32,000 nt of DNA from Candidatus Iainarchaeum sp. (GCA_016205145.1 JACQJH010000001.1:540001-572000); one strand, 5' to 3'; positions 17,641-24,637 are shown, counted from the first letter of the stretch. A program made the numbers and translations. The notes: generated by a model not told the origin, from the sequence alone.

Positions 17641-19059
17641 TTATCTCTTGTGATGCGGCCCTTCAAGCCTGCGCATCTGTGCGTGCACCTTGCCGACTTC
17701 ACGGTAGGTTGCCCCCAATGCAATCAGAAGAATGACCACGAGCACCGCGACAAGATACGGCCAATAGCTGGCGCGCGCGCTTTTTTCGGCTTCAAGCCTT
17801 GCCGCCTGCGCCTCCAGTTCAAGGTCCTTCTTTTCGACAAGATTCCTGAATTCCCTGACTATTTCCTCGGACTGGCTGAGCTGCAACTGCCTTACGCCGT
17901 AATTGAGAACGACGGGAACCATGAAAAGGCCCGCTTTTTCAACCGAAACCCTGTTGCTTATCTTGTAGCTTATCTCCTTGACTACGTCCGGTTCAAGGTC
18001 CCCCGCATAAAGCTCGAAAACCGCCGGGCTTTCGCTTATGAGGTTGAAACCGTAATCCGAGGTCGTGTTCGAAAGGCTCGGCACAAGCTGTTCCGGAATG
18101 TATTCCAGCAGGACAATGTTTTTCAGCTGGCTTCCGGCGTTGTTCTGCAGGAAAATCTTAACGTTCGTCTGGTAGTAGGATTTGCCGCCCGCAATGTCCC
18201 TTACGTATATGGACTCGAAGTTGCGCGTAACGGAAACCCTGTTGCGCAATTCCAGGACCGTTGCGATTTTTTTGCGGTCGGTCAGGCCGGCCATTCCAAG
18301 CACAGATTCAATCTGGCCGGCATGCGCATCATCCATTATCCTCTGGCCTTCGACAATGGAAAAATATTCAGTCGTCTTCTGCCCGAGCACTGACACTGCA
18401 GGAAGGCCGTTTCCGGTTTCCCTGGCTTTTGCAAAGAATTCTTCCAGAAGCGCTTCCGCCAGCTGGTAGTTTTCGGAACCAATGTTGTCATTGATCGACA
18501 GCAGCCTTGTCCTCAGGCCGCTTATCTCTGGCTTCGCTTTCGAGTATTCCGCCAAAAGCTGCATTTCCTTGAGCGACGAAACCCTGTGCGAAAGGCCTTC
18601 GAACACGGCTGAAGCCATCCTGAGCTGTGAATTGAAAAAAACGCTTCCCTTCGTTCCATTCACCGATTCCTTGGCAGGCAAACCGCTTTCGGTCGTGTTC
18701 ACCTTGACGCTGGCGCACACCCTGATTGCGGCACCCATCTTTTCCGTGCCCTTTCCGGATTCGGCAATGCAGACATTGGCGGTCTTGTAAATGCCGTCAT
18801 AAAACGCCACCATGAATTCAGCAGTCGAATTCGCGGGAATAACCTCGGAATCAGAGGACGCGATTGCGCCGCCCGCGAACCCCGAGGCATCAAACGAAAC
18901 CTGCACGTCCTTTGCAGTGTTGTTTATCGCTGAAACCGTCAGGACATTGTTGATATTGTCAACCGATGCGCTGGACGGGGAAATTGTCAGGGCCTGCGCG
19001 CAGGAAAAAACAAGAACAATGGAAAAAACCAGAAAAGCCAGCCTTGGCGTCCAAATCAT
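17641..19059 (-). CDS. secreted, C-terminally anchored surface protein; paralog of 9330..10838 but lacking the Cys-rich module
   Basis: Signal peptide RLAFLVFSIVLVFSCAQA. LTISPSSASV...AAIRVCASVKVNT aligns with the N-domain of 9330..10838. It has the same helical middle (EYSKAKPE..) and beta-rich domain. A coiled-coil LELEAQAARLEAEKSA precedes the TM helix WPYLVAVLVVILLIALGA. Confidence 0.75.
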   Translation of the reverse strand: MIWTPRLAFLVFSIVLVFSCAQALTISPSSASVDNINNVLTVSAINNTAKDVQVSFDASGFAGGAIASSDSEVIPANSTAEFMVAFYDGIYKTANVCIAESGKGTEKMGAAIRVCASVKVNTTESGLPAKESVNGTKGSVFFNSQLRMASAVFEGLSHRVSSLKEMQLLAEYSKAKPEISGLRTRLLSINDNIGSENYQLAEALLEEFFAKARETGNGLPAVSVLGQKTTEYFSIVEGQRIMDDAHAGQIESVLGMAGLTDRKKIATVLELRNRVSVTRNFESIYVRDIAGGKSYYQTNVKIFLQNNAGSQLKNIVLLEYIPEQLVPSLSNTTSDYGFNLISESPAVFELYAGDLEPDVVKEISYKISNRVSVEKAGLFMVPVVLNYGVRQLQLSQSEEIVREFRNLVEKKDLELEAQAARLEAEKSARASYWPYLVAVLVVILLIALGATYREVGKVHAQMRRLEGPHHKR

Positions 19060-19080
19060 TCATTCGCCTCAAAAATTGTT

Positions 19081-20118
19081 TCAAGAGCACGCAGTGCCCT
19101 GGGCATAAGCTGTCAGGGTTATGACGCCCCCGCTGTAATCGCCGGGGCTGACAGCCGGAACCGCCATGTACCAGTACGTGCTCTGTGCCGCGGTCGCGCT
19201 TGTCGATTGGGTGCCCCTGCCCCAGTTGCTCAAAATCTGGGAAACGCAGTTCGTGTTCGTTATCGACGTCGAGTTCGCATTGATGTCAGTCGTCGAAGGC
19301 GTTCCGATCTGGGCAGCCTTCCAGTAAACGTGCCTGCCGTCAATGACATCCGGGGTTGAAAACGTTGTGCTCATGTACGCATACACTTTTTCCTCGACAT
19401 TGCCGGTATGGGTTATGGTTATTTTTTCCTGCGGCGAACCGGAACAGTCCATTGCGACGTTCGCGTCCGGGCTTGCAGTGAAAGTGCAGGAACTCTGGTC
19501 CAGGGAAATGCCCGTGGTGGTTTCAACCGTTACCGAGTTGGCAAGACTTGAATTTGCCCTGCCGTAGTTGACGTCCGAGATATTTGCCTTGACATCCCAT
19601 CCTGCGCCGTTGATGTCCTTCACGCTGATGCCGCTGTCGGAAGTGGAATCGGAATCCGGCGGAAGCTCGCCGCAAAACTTGGTGTCGCCGGCCGACATAG
19701 TGGACTTGGCCGCGGCTGTCGTGCAGTCCTCAAACGTGGTTATCTTGTGCCTGTCCCAGCCGTGTGCGGAATTTGCCTGCGCTTCAGTCGCGCTGTTGGA
19801 ATCCGACCAGATGAGAATGTTCGTGTCGCTCAGGGACAATGAAATCGTGTCGTTGCCGTTCGGATCGGAAACAGTGACCGTAACGCACAGCGCGTCCGTG
19901 CCGGGAGTGAATGCGGCAATGCTCGTGCCGCTTGCAGGATAATCGCCGCCGTCGCACGTGCCATCGGTTTCGTTGACAATGAAAACGCTTGAAATCGTGG
20001 GCGCGCTGTTTGAAATCGTCCCGCTCACGTTCACTGTTCCCGCAAACGCATATGCCGCAATAAAAGCGATGAGGAAAACCGCAATGGCCGCCGCCAGAAA
20101 CCTTTTTTGCGACGTCAT
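19081..20118 (-). CDS. secreted modular surface protein P345: signal peptide + module A + module B (the minimal family member)
   Basis: Signal peptide RFLAAAIAVFLIAFIAAYAFA. Module A: AFTPGTDALCVTVTVSDPNGNDTISL..HGWDRHKITTFEDCTTAAAKSTM. Module B: ITHTGNVEEKVYAYMSTTF...GGVITLTAYAQGTACS. Confidence 0.8.
   Translation of the reverse strand: MTSQKRFLAAAIAVFLIAFIAAYAFAGTVNVSGTISNSAPTISSVFIVNETDGTCDGGDYPASGTSIAAFTPGTDALCVTVTVSDPNGNDTISLSLSDTNILIWSDSNSATEAQANSAHGWDRHKITTFEDCTTAAAKSTMSAGDTKFCGELPPDSDSTSDSGISVKDINGAGWDVKANISDVNYGRANSSLANSVTVETTTGISLDQSSCTFTASPDANVAMDCSGSPQEKITITHTGNVEEKVYAYMSTTFSTPDVIDGRHVYWKAAQIGTPSTTDINANSTSITNTNCVSQILSNWGRGTQSTSATAAQSTYWYMAVPAVSPGDYSGGVITLTAYAQGTACS
19239..19312. 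repeat. partner of the 74-nt near-identical patch at 13166..13239
   Basis: See 13166..13239. The flanking sequence of the two genes is clearly more diverged. Confidence 0.85.
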
Positions 20119-20435
20119 TTTCTTTTCTGCCTCTTGCCGAACAAAGTCTCTATTTCAAAAATCTCGTATGCCGCGAGGATTATTATAAGGAAAGAAACTA
20201 TGCTGAAAACGTACTTGAAACTCCCGATGATCTGCGGAAGGCCGAAAAAATCAACGGCAATGCCGACAACCTGTGAAACGACCATGAGCGAAACAAAAAC
20301 CGCGAAAAGCAGGCCGACCTCGCGCTCGATGCCTTCCCTGAAAAACCTGTCAAGCTTGAAGACCGCGATTACCGCGAGAATTCCGACAAATACCGTGATT
20401 CCGGACAATACAAGCGAAAGAGAGTCAATAGGCAT
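20115..20435 (-). CDS. small 3-TM membrane protein, first gene of the surface operon
   Basis: Three hydrophobic stretches (LSLVLSGITVFVGILAVIAVF, GLLFAVFVSLMVVSQVVGIAV, FSIVSFLIIILAAY). Its stop overlaps the ATG of 19081..20118 by 4 nt. Confidence 0.6.
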   Translation of the reverse strand: MPIDSLSLVLSGITVFVGILAVIAVFKLDRFFREGIEREVGLLFAVFVSLMVVSQVVGIAVDFFGLPQIIGSFKYVFSIVSFLIIILAAYEIFEIETLFGKRQKRK

Positions 20436-20438
20436 GTG

Positions 20439-20475
20439 CTCACTGTTGTTCGTGAAGAATTTTTGTGACAGTGAG
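20439..20475. promoter_or_regulatory. inverted repeat CTCACTGT-N21-ACAGTGAG, 3 nt upstream of the operon's first start codon
   Basis: The 8-nt arms at 20439-20446 and 20468-20475 are exact reverse complements. AT-rich TATA-like tracts (catataaatatttta) follow, in the divergent intergenic region 20436-20672. Confidence 0.3.
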
Positions 20476-20672
20476 ATATTGCACTATTTCATATAAATAT
20501 TTTATGCAAGGAATAACCTATGATACCCATTTCATATGTCTGATTTTTTGCCCAAAATGCATTTTTTGGCACGTTTTTTGGCATTCTGTTGCGGGCTTTT
20601 TAAACCGGATTTTTTCATATTTTTTTTCCGGGTTCGCGAACAAATAAAATCCCTTTTATCCAGGTTTTTGTC

Positions 20673-21233
20673 ATGCGAAAGTTTTTCGGCGAAAAAATCC
20701 GTGCCAGCGCGCCTGCAGTGGTTTTGGCTTTCGCGCTTTTTCTCGTCCCGGTTTTTTTCGTGATTTTTGCCCCCGCGCAAAGCGGCCCGCCCGGCGGCCC
20801 GGAAAAAAATCCTGCCGCATCGGAGTGGAAACCATTCGTTCCGCGCATTGATGCGAACGATTCCAACAATGGCGCATTCATTGAAAACATCGACCCGAAA
20901 CAGATAACCGTCAACATCAGCCCGGCTTACATTGACTCGCGGCCCGGAGAAGACTTCAATGTGGTGGTTTCAAACATCGGAAAATATTCGGGATACTATT
21001 CGCTGCAGGCAAGCCTGCCGGAAGAAGCAGGCCTTTTCCTCATGGACTCCAATTCTTTTCTGCTCAAAGGCGGCTCGTCGAAAAGGCTTTCAGTGCGCAT
21101 TGCCGAAAACGCCCTTGCCGGGGGCGGGCAGGTTAAAGCGAATTTGTGCGCGGCAAGATACGTTGGAATGGAAACCGGGTCGCAATCGCACGTCGTCATC
21201 CGGACCTGCGCGCTCGTGACAATCACGGGATGA
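20673..21233 (+). CDS. secreted protein made essentially of one copy of the Ig-like N-domain found in 9330..10838 and 17641..19059
   Basis: Signal/TM APAVVLAFALFLVPVFFVIFAPA. ITVNISPAYIDSRPGEDFNVVVSNIG...LSVRIAEN...VVIRTCALVTITG matches the I.ISPA...F...V.N...IR.C...VT pattern of the two larger proteins. Confidence 0.65.
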   Translation: MRKFFGEKIRASAPAVVLAFALFLVPVFFVIFAPAQSGPPGGPEKNPAASEWKPFVPRIDANDSNNGAFIENIDPKQITVNISPAYIDSRPGEDFNVVVSNIGKYSGYYSLQASLPEEAGLFLMDSNSFLLKGGSSKRLSVRIAENALAGGGQVKANLCAARYVGMETGSQSHVVIRTCALVTITG

Positions 21234-21278
21234 TGCCAACCCAAAAAAACCTTTCTTCACCAGATTTATCCGGCAAAT

Positions 21279-21443
21279 GCCCCTGTGGTGTAATGGACAG
21301 CATCTGGCCCTCCGGACGCCGTTTCGGCGGCGTGATGCGAGGCACTATGCTCCTTTCAGTCGCATAGCGCTGGCTCGCTAACGCTCGCAATTGTCAAGGT
21401 GGAAGCGAGGCCAGGATCCGGGTTCGAATCCCGGCAGTGGGCG
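21279..21443 (+). tRNA. tRNA-Arg (anticodon CCG) interrupted by a ~92-nt intron at the canonical 37/38 position
   Basis: Hand fold, element by element:
- Acceptor: GCCCCTG pairs with CAG(T)GGGC.
- D arm: U8, then stem GTGT/GCAT with loop AATGGACA.
- Anticodon arm: stem TGGCC (21305-09) pairs with GGCCA (21409-13); loop C-T-CCG-G-[intron]-A.
- Variable loop: GGAT.
- T arm: CCGGG-TTCGAAT-CCCGG.
- Discriminator: G21443.
The mature length would be 73 nt. Confidence 0.8.
21316..21407 (+). other. tRNA intron (archaeal endonuclease-type), boundaries +/- 1-2 nt
   Basis: This is the sequence between G37 (21315) and A38 (21408). It contains internal hairpins (CGCCG-TTT-CGGCG; GCACTATGC...GCATAGCGC). 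I could only pair 3 of 4 bp of a canonical bulge-helix-bulge central helix by eye. Confidence 0.6.
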
Positions 21444-21789
21444 AAGCCGCCACAGCCGGCTGGTCTGGGCGCCATGCAGGGCATGGCCTGCGCCTGATGG
21501 CGAAGCCGCTTCCGTCCGGCTCGCCGCCACGTCCGGGCGCGTTTTCGACCGCGCGTGCCGAAACCAAGGCATATTGCTGTGCAATATGCCGAGTATTCCG
21601 TTAAAGCTTTCGGGGGTTTGCAAGGGGTGCAACCCCTGCAGCGCAGGCTCGCTTCGCTCGGACGGCTGGTTCGGAACCAATTCGCATCACCATTGTGATA
21701 CGCCGGGCAAACAACCGGTAAAATGCCTGAAATGGCAATCGACGAAGTTTTGTGAAAGCATAAAAGCGCTTGTCTTTCGCTTTTGTTTT

Positions 21790-22125
21790 ATGGTTAAGCG
21801 GGGCCATGAAGTTGATTGGGTGGAATGCCTGAGTGAAACTGACACGCTTTTTGTGAGGCTTGTCTACGAACAGGATTCCGTTGAGCTGGTCGGGTTTGCA
21901 CTCGTTTACGTTGCCGAACTTGGCGGGAAATTCATTGAAGTGGCAAAATTTGACGCCGGCCCGCACGAACCTGTGAATGCCCATTATTATTTCAAAAACC
22001 CGCCTGAGAAACGGCATCTGAACGGGGAAAAAAGCATTGAAACCGTTGACGCGCTTGCCGGAATGTTAAGGGAAAAATGGGTGTTTTACCGGGCAAAATT
22101 CGTTGAGAATCACCCGTTTATTTAG
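21790..22125 (+). CDS. TumE/DUF6516-like small protein; copy 2 of 3
   Basis: MVKRGHEVDWVECLSETDTLFVRLVYEQDSVELVGFALVYVAELGGKFIEVAKFDAGPHEPVNAHYYF... Only this 3' third of track ORF 21391..22125 matches the paralogs. The 5' part of that ORF runs across the tRNA and a GC-rich structured region. Confidence 0.65.
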   Translation: MVKRGHEVDWVECLSETDTLFVRLVYEQDSVELVGFALVYVAELGGKFIEVAKFDAGPHEPVNAHYYFKNPPEKRHLNGEKSIETVDALAGMLREKWVFYRAKFVENHPFI

Positions 22126-22133
22126 ATAAATTT

Positions 22134-22167
22134 ATATAACCTAATAGGTTATATTTTATTGTGGTTT
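22134..22167 (+). promoter_or_regulatory. perfect palindrome ATATAACC-TAATA-GGTTATAT, then the 14-mer TTTTATTGTGGTTT, upstream of the wHTH gene
   Basis: The arms at 22134-22141 and 22147-22154 are exact reverse complements. The 14-mer at 22154-22167 is identical to 8599-8612. Confidence 0.4.
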
Positions 22168-22178
22168 CCTTGGAAAAT

Positions 22179-22529
22179 ATGAAAAAACTCGTAATCGTCG
22201 TGGGCGGGGACATGGGTCAGGACCTGCGCAAATTCATGAAAAATCCGGACAAAAAAGAGTTTGGCACACAAAGAGTTTACGTCAAAACCTTTGATGAGGT
22301 TCGAAGAGTGCTTTCCCCGCAGAAGCTTGACATGCTTTGCCGTTTCAGCAAAGGCGAATTTGGCAACCTGACCGTCGGCGAAACAGCAAAGCGACTGAAC
22401 CGCAAACAGGAAGCCATAAGCAGGGACGTTTCCGGCCTCGCCAGGCACGGCCTGATCAAAAAAACCAAAAAGGGCAGGCAGGTCCTGCTGAGCGCGCCGT
22501 TCAAGTCGATCGAGATTAGATTCTCATAA
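22179..22529 (+). CDS. winged-helix DNA-binding protein, partner of 21790..22125; copy 2 of 3
   Basis: MKKLVIVVGGDMGQDL...VYVKTFDEVRRVLSPQKLDMLCRFSKGEFGNLTVGETAKRLNRKQEAISRDVSGLARHGLIKKTKKGRQVLLSAPFKSIEIRF. It shares the '..F(D/E)...VLSP(K/Q)KLD(L/M)L......ETAK...RKQEA(I/V)SRD...L...GL(I/V)...K.G' layout with 22942..23340. Confidence 0.75.
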   Translation: MKKLVIVVGGDMGQDLRKFMKNPDKKEFGTQRVYVKTFDEVRRVLSPQKLDMLCRFSKGEFGNLTVGETAKRLNRKQEAISRDVSGLARHGLIKKTKKGRQVLLSAPFKSIEIRFS

Positions 22530-22588
22530 GTCAGTCAATTGACGAATTCTTCAGGCAGGATAAAAAGGCTTTCTTCACGCCATTTGTC

Positions 22589-22921
22589 ATGCCGGTTGAA
22601 ACACTCTTCAAACGCAGGGCGCTTTCTGAGAAAGATGCCATTTTCTACAGTTTCGATTTTGACACCGAAGCAAAAGAACTTGTCCGTTTTTGTGCAATTC
22701 AACTGCTGGAAATGCGCGGTAAAACGCACGAAGTGATAAAATTCGACGCCGCGCACGGAAAATGCCATGTTCACCGATACTGCAAGTTTGCGGAACACAA
22801 GGAAACAATCGGCATGAAAATTTCGCCCGAAACACTCAAGATTTGCAGAAAAGACATTGCGGAAAACTGGCAAAAGTATAAGGGCTGGTATCTAAAAAAG
22901 CGCCCTGAAACAAGCCTTTAA
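22589..22921 (+). CDS. TumE/DUF6516-like small protein; copy 3 of 3
   Basis: See 8615..8935. A 10-bp palindrome GTCAATTGAC (22534-22543) lies upstream. Confidence 0.65.
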   Translation: MPVETLFKRRALSEKDAIFYSFDFDTEAKELVRFCAIQLLEMRGKTHEVIKFDAAHGKCHVHRYCKFAEHKETIGMKISPETLKICRKDIAENWQKYKGWYLKKRPETSL

Positions 22922-22941
22922 TAACATTCGGGTTATACTAT

Positions 22942-23340
22942 ATGTCTGTCATGCAAAAATCCCAAGCCATAGAAAAGCCGAAAGAGGAGGAGCCCTTCAC
23001 CATAATCATCGGCGGCAATGAGGAAAAGGATTTGGACGATTTTTTCTCCGGAAAATCAACCGACCAGCCCAAGGACGTGCTTTATCTGGACACTTTCGAG
23101 CAACTGCACGAGCTTTTGTCGCCTAAAAAGCTTGATTTGCTGAAATGGCTCATGGACCTGCCGAAAAACCACAAGCCTTGCTCAGTTTCCGACACCGCAA
23201 AAAAAATCAAACGCAAGCAGGAAGCCGTGAGCCGCGATTTGAAACAACTGAAAAAGCTCGGCCTGGTCGAACTCAAAAAGGACGGGCAGAAAACCATTCC
23301 GACGCCGAAATTCAGGCGCATCGAAATAATCGTGAAATAA
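22942..23340 (+). CDS. winged-helix DNA-binding protein, partner of 22589..22921; copy 3 of 3
   Basis: ...VLYLDTFEQLHELLSPKKLDLLKWLMDLPKNHKPCSVSDTAKKIKRKQEAVSRDLKQLKKLGLVELKKDGQKTIPTPKFRRIEIIV. Confidence 0.75.
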   Translation: MSVMQKSQAIEKPKEEEPFTIIIGGNEEKDLDDFFSGKSTDQPKDVLYLDTFEQLHELLSPKKLDLLKWLMDLPKNHKPCSVSDTAKKIKRKQEAVSRDLKQLKKLGLVELKKDGQKTIPTPKFRRIEIIVK

Positions 23341-23412
23341 TCTTTCAAAAACCGCAAAAAGCCTTTTCCGGGGCAAATGGCGTTGAGAAATATATCAACA
23401 AATAAGTTCAAA

Positions 23413-23754
23413 ATGAAATACGACGACGAATACGATTACCTCTACTTTTACGACAGAGTAAACAGGTCATCTTCCGGCATAGAATGGGGCAACCTTGACA
23501 TTTCATACGACAAAAACGGAAACATCGTCGGGTTGTCAATTGAGGGCGCGTCCTCATTTCTGACAAACCTGACAAACAGGAAAATAACGAAAAACGCGCT
23601 GGCAAAAGCGGTTTCCGGCAGGCTCAAAATAAGGGAAAAAGCGGGAATCATTTACCTGACATTCATAATCAACCTCGAAAACGAGGCTCCGATAGAGGAC
23701 ACGATAACGGTCAAGTCCATAAACTACAAGTCGCCGCTGACCGAAACCGCCTGA
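23413..23754 (+). CDS. DUF2283-like small protein
   Basis: MKYDDEYDYLYFYDR......ISYDKNGNIVGLSIEGAS matches the 'YD.E.D.LY.....D..G.IVG(I/L)(E/S)I..AS' pattern I associate with DUF2283. The track ORF starts upstream at 23377. Confidence 0.55.
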   Translation: MKYDDEYDYLYFYDRVNRSSSGIEWGNLDISYDKNGNIVGLSIEGASSFLTNLTNRKITKNALAKAVSGRLKIREKAGIIYLTFIINLENEAPIEDTITVKSINYKSPLTETA

Positions 23755-23778
23755 ATATTTCCGGTGCAACCCTTAAAA

Positions 23779-23802
23779 GCACTATTTGCACTAAATTTAG
23801 TG
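23779..23802 (+). promoter_or_regulatory. operator-like element: GCACTA direct repeat and a perfect 14-bp palindrome CACTAAATTTAGTG, 12 nt upstream of the RHH-type gene
   Basis: GCACTA occurs at 23779-23784 and 23788-23793. The palindrome spans 23789-23802. A TATA-like CTTAAAAG at 23772-23779 lies just upstream. Confidence 0.4.
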
Positions 23803-23813
23803 TAAGTGGTGTC

Positions 23814-24050
23814 ATGGTTAATGCTACGCTGACGCTTTCGGTTCCGGAAAAGCTGAAAAAAGAAATCAGGGCCATGCCGGAAGTCAACTGGTCCGAGGAA
23901 ACAAGGCGTTTTCTCGAAGACCGCGTTGAAAGGCTGAAAGCCCTTCGGAAACTGGACGAACTTACAAAGAACAGCAGGCTAACGGAAGAGGATGCCATCA
24001 GAATCGGCCGCCAAATCAGAAAAGGCGTGGCCGAAAAAACCCTCAAATAG
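23814..24050 (+). CDS. VapB/CopG-like antitoxin-type protein, with no adjacent PIN or other toxin gene
   Basis: LTLSVPEKLKKEIRAMPEVNWSEETRRFLEDRVERLKALRKLDELTKNSRLTEEDAIRIGRQIRKG has the 'beta-strand, helix, NWSE' layout of archaeal VapB-type antitoxins. This is from memory and unverified. Confidence 0.55.
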   Translation: MVNATLTLSVPEKLKKEIRAMPEVNWSEETRRFLEDRVERLKALRKLDELTKNSRLTEEDAIRIGRQIRKGVAEKTLK

Positions 24051-24134
24051 CCTTTCGGATTGAACTAAAACGCGAAAAACAAAAAACCCGTTAACGCGAA
24101 ATTCAAAAGGATTGAGATAAAGATAATGTGACTG

Positions 24135-24404
24135 TCATTTGAATGACTTGTACCATCGCTCGTATTCTTTGTGCGTTTTGAAGCAATGCAGTATATAGCA
24201 AACCTCGTTTTCGATATTGTAAACGATTCTCGCCTGCCTTGTCACGTTTTCAGCAAAGAATGGCAAACCGTAATGCAAATGCCTTTTCATGGGCGCCGAA
24301 GCGATTTTTTCCGCATGCTTTATGAAAAATTCCCGCAGGCCGCCGTCCGCCTCATCCAATTCCCTTTCGGCCTGCCCGGAAAAAACGATTTCCATTAAAG
24401 TCAC
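24135..24404 (-). CDS. RelE/ParE-family type II toxin
   Basis: It is 89 aa, overlaps the upstream antitoxin stop by 4 nt, and its C-terminal ...RIVYNIENEVCYILHCFKTHKEYERWY is RelE/ParE-like. Confidence 0.7.
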   Translation of the reverse strand: MTLMEIVFSGQAERELDEADGGLREFFIKHAEKIASAPMKRHLHYGLPFFAENVTRQARIVYNIENEVCYILHCFKTHKEYERWYKSFK

Positions 24405-24637
24405 AGCCCGAATTTTTTCTTTATCTGGGCCAGGCTTTTCGTCTTCGCCTCGCCATCCCTTATTTCCTGCATTTCCAATTCAATGCCCTTGCTGACGAGT
24501 CTGACTTCTTCCTCTTCCAACTGCCGTTCATAGGCAAGCAAAGCCTGCCTGATGACCTCCGTCTGGTTGCCGGCATAACCCCTCTCAATTGCCTTGTTGA
24601 CAATCGCCTCATACGGAACGCCAAGATTCACATTCAT
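24401..24637 (-). CDS. ParD/RHH-type antitoxin
   Basis: MNVNLGVPYEAIVNKAIERGYAGNQTEVIRQALLAYERQLEEEE resembles ParD-like antitoxins. It is translationally coupled to the toxin. The track ORF extends to 24652. Confidence 0.65.
   Translation of the reverse strand: MNVNLGVPYEAIVNKAIERGYAGNQTEVIRQALLAYERQLEEEEVRLVSKGIELEMQEIRDGEAKTKSLAQIKKKFGL

Noticed and set aside
21441-21507. The repeated 11-mer GGCGAAGCCGC (at the tRNA 3' end, 21441-21451, and again ~56 nt downstream) as a possible att duplication
   Set aside because: The two copies are only ~56 nt apart and enclose no element. An 11-mer in a very GC-rich stretch may recur by chance, and the second copy is part of a local hairpin.
21444-21700. 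SRP RNA or RNase P RNA as the identity of the GC-rich structured segment
   Set aside because: The hallmark sequences I know (the SRP helix-8 GGAAGCAGC-type motif and the RNase P GAGGAAAGTCC CR-I motif) are absent. It is kept only as an unclassified structured region.
21391-21789. The 5' two-thirds of track ORF 21391..22125 (244 aa), and minus-strand ORF 21378..21680
   Set aside because: They read through the tRNA-Arg 3' exon and the GC-rich hairpin region. Only the last 111 codons (from ATG 21790) match the two paralogs.
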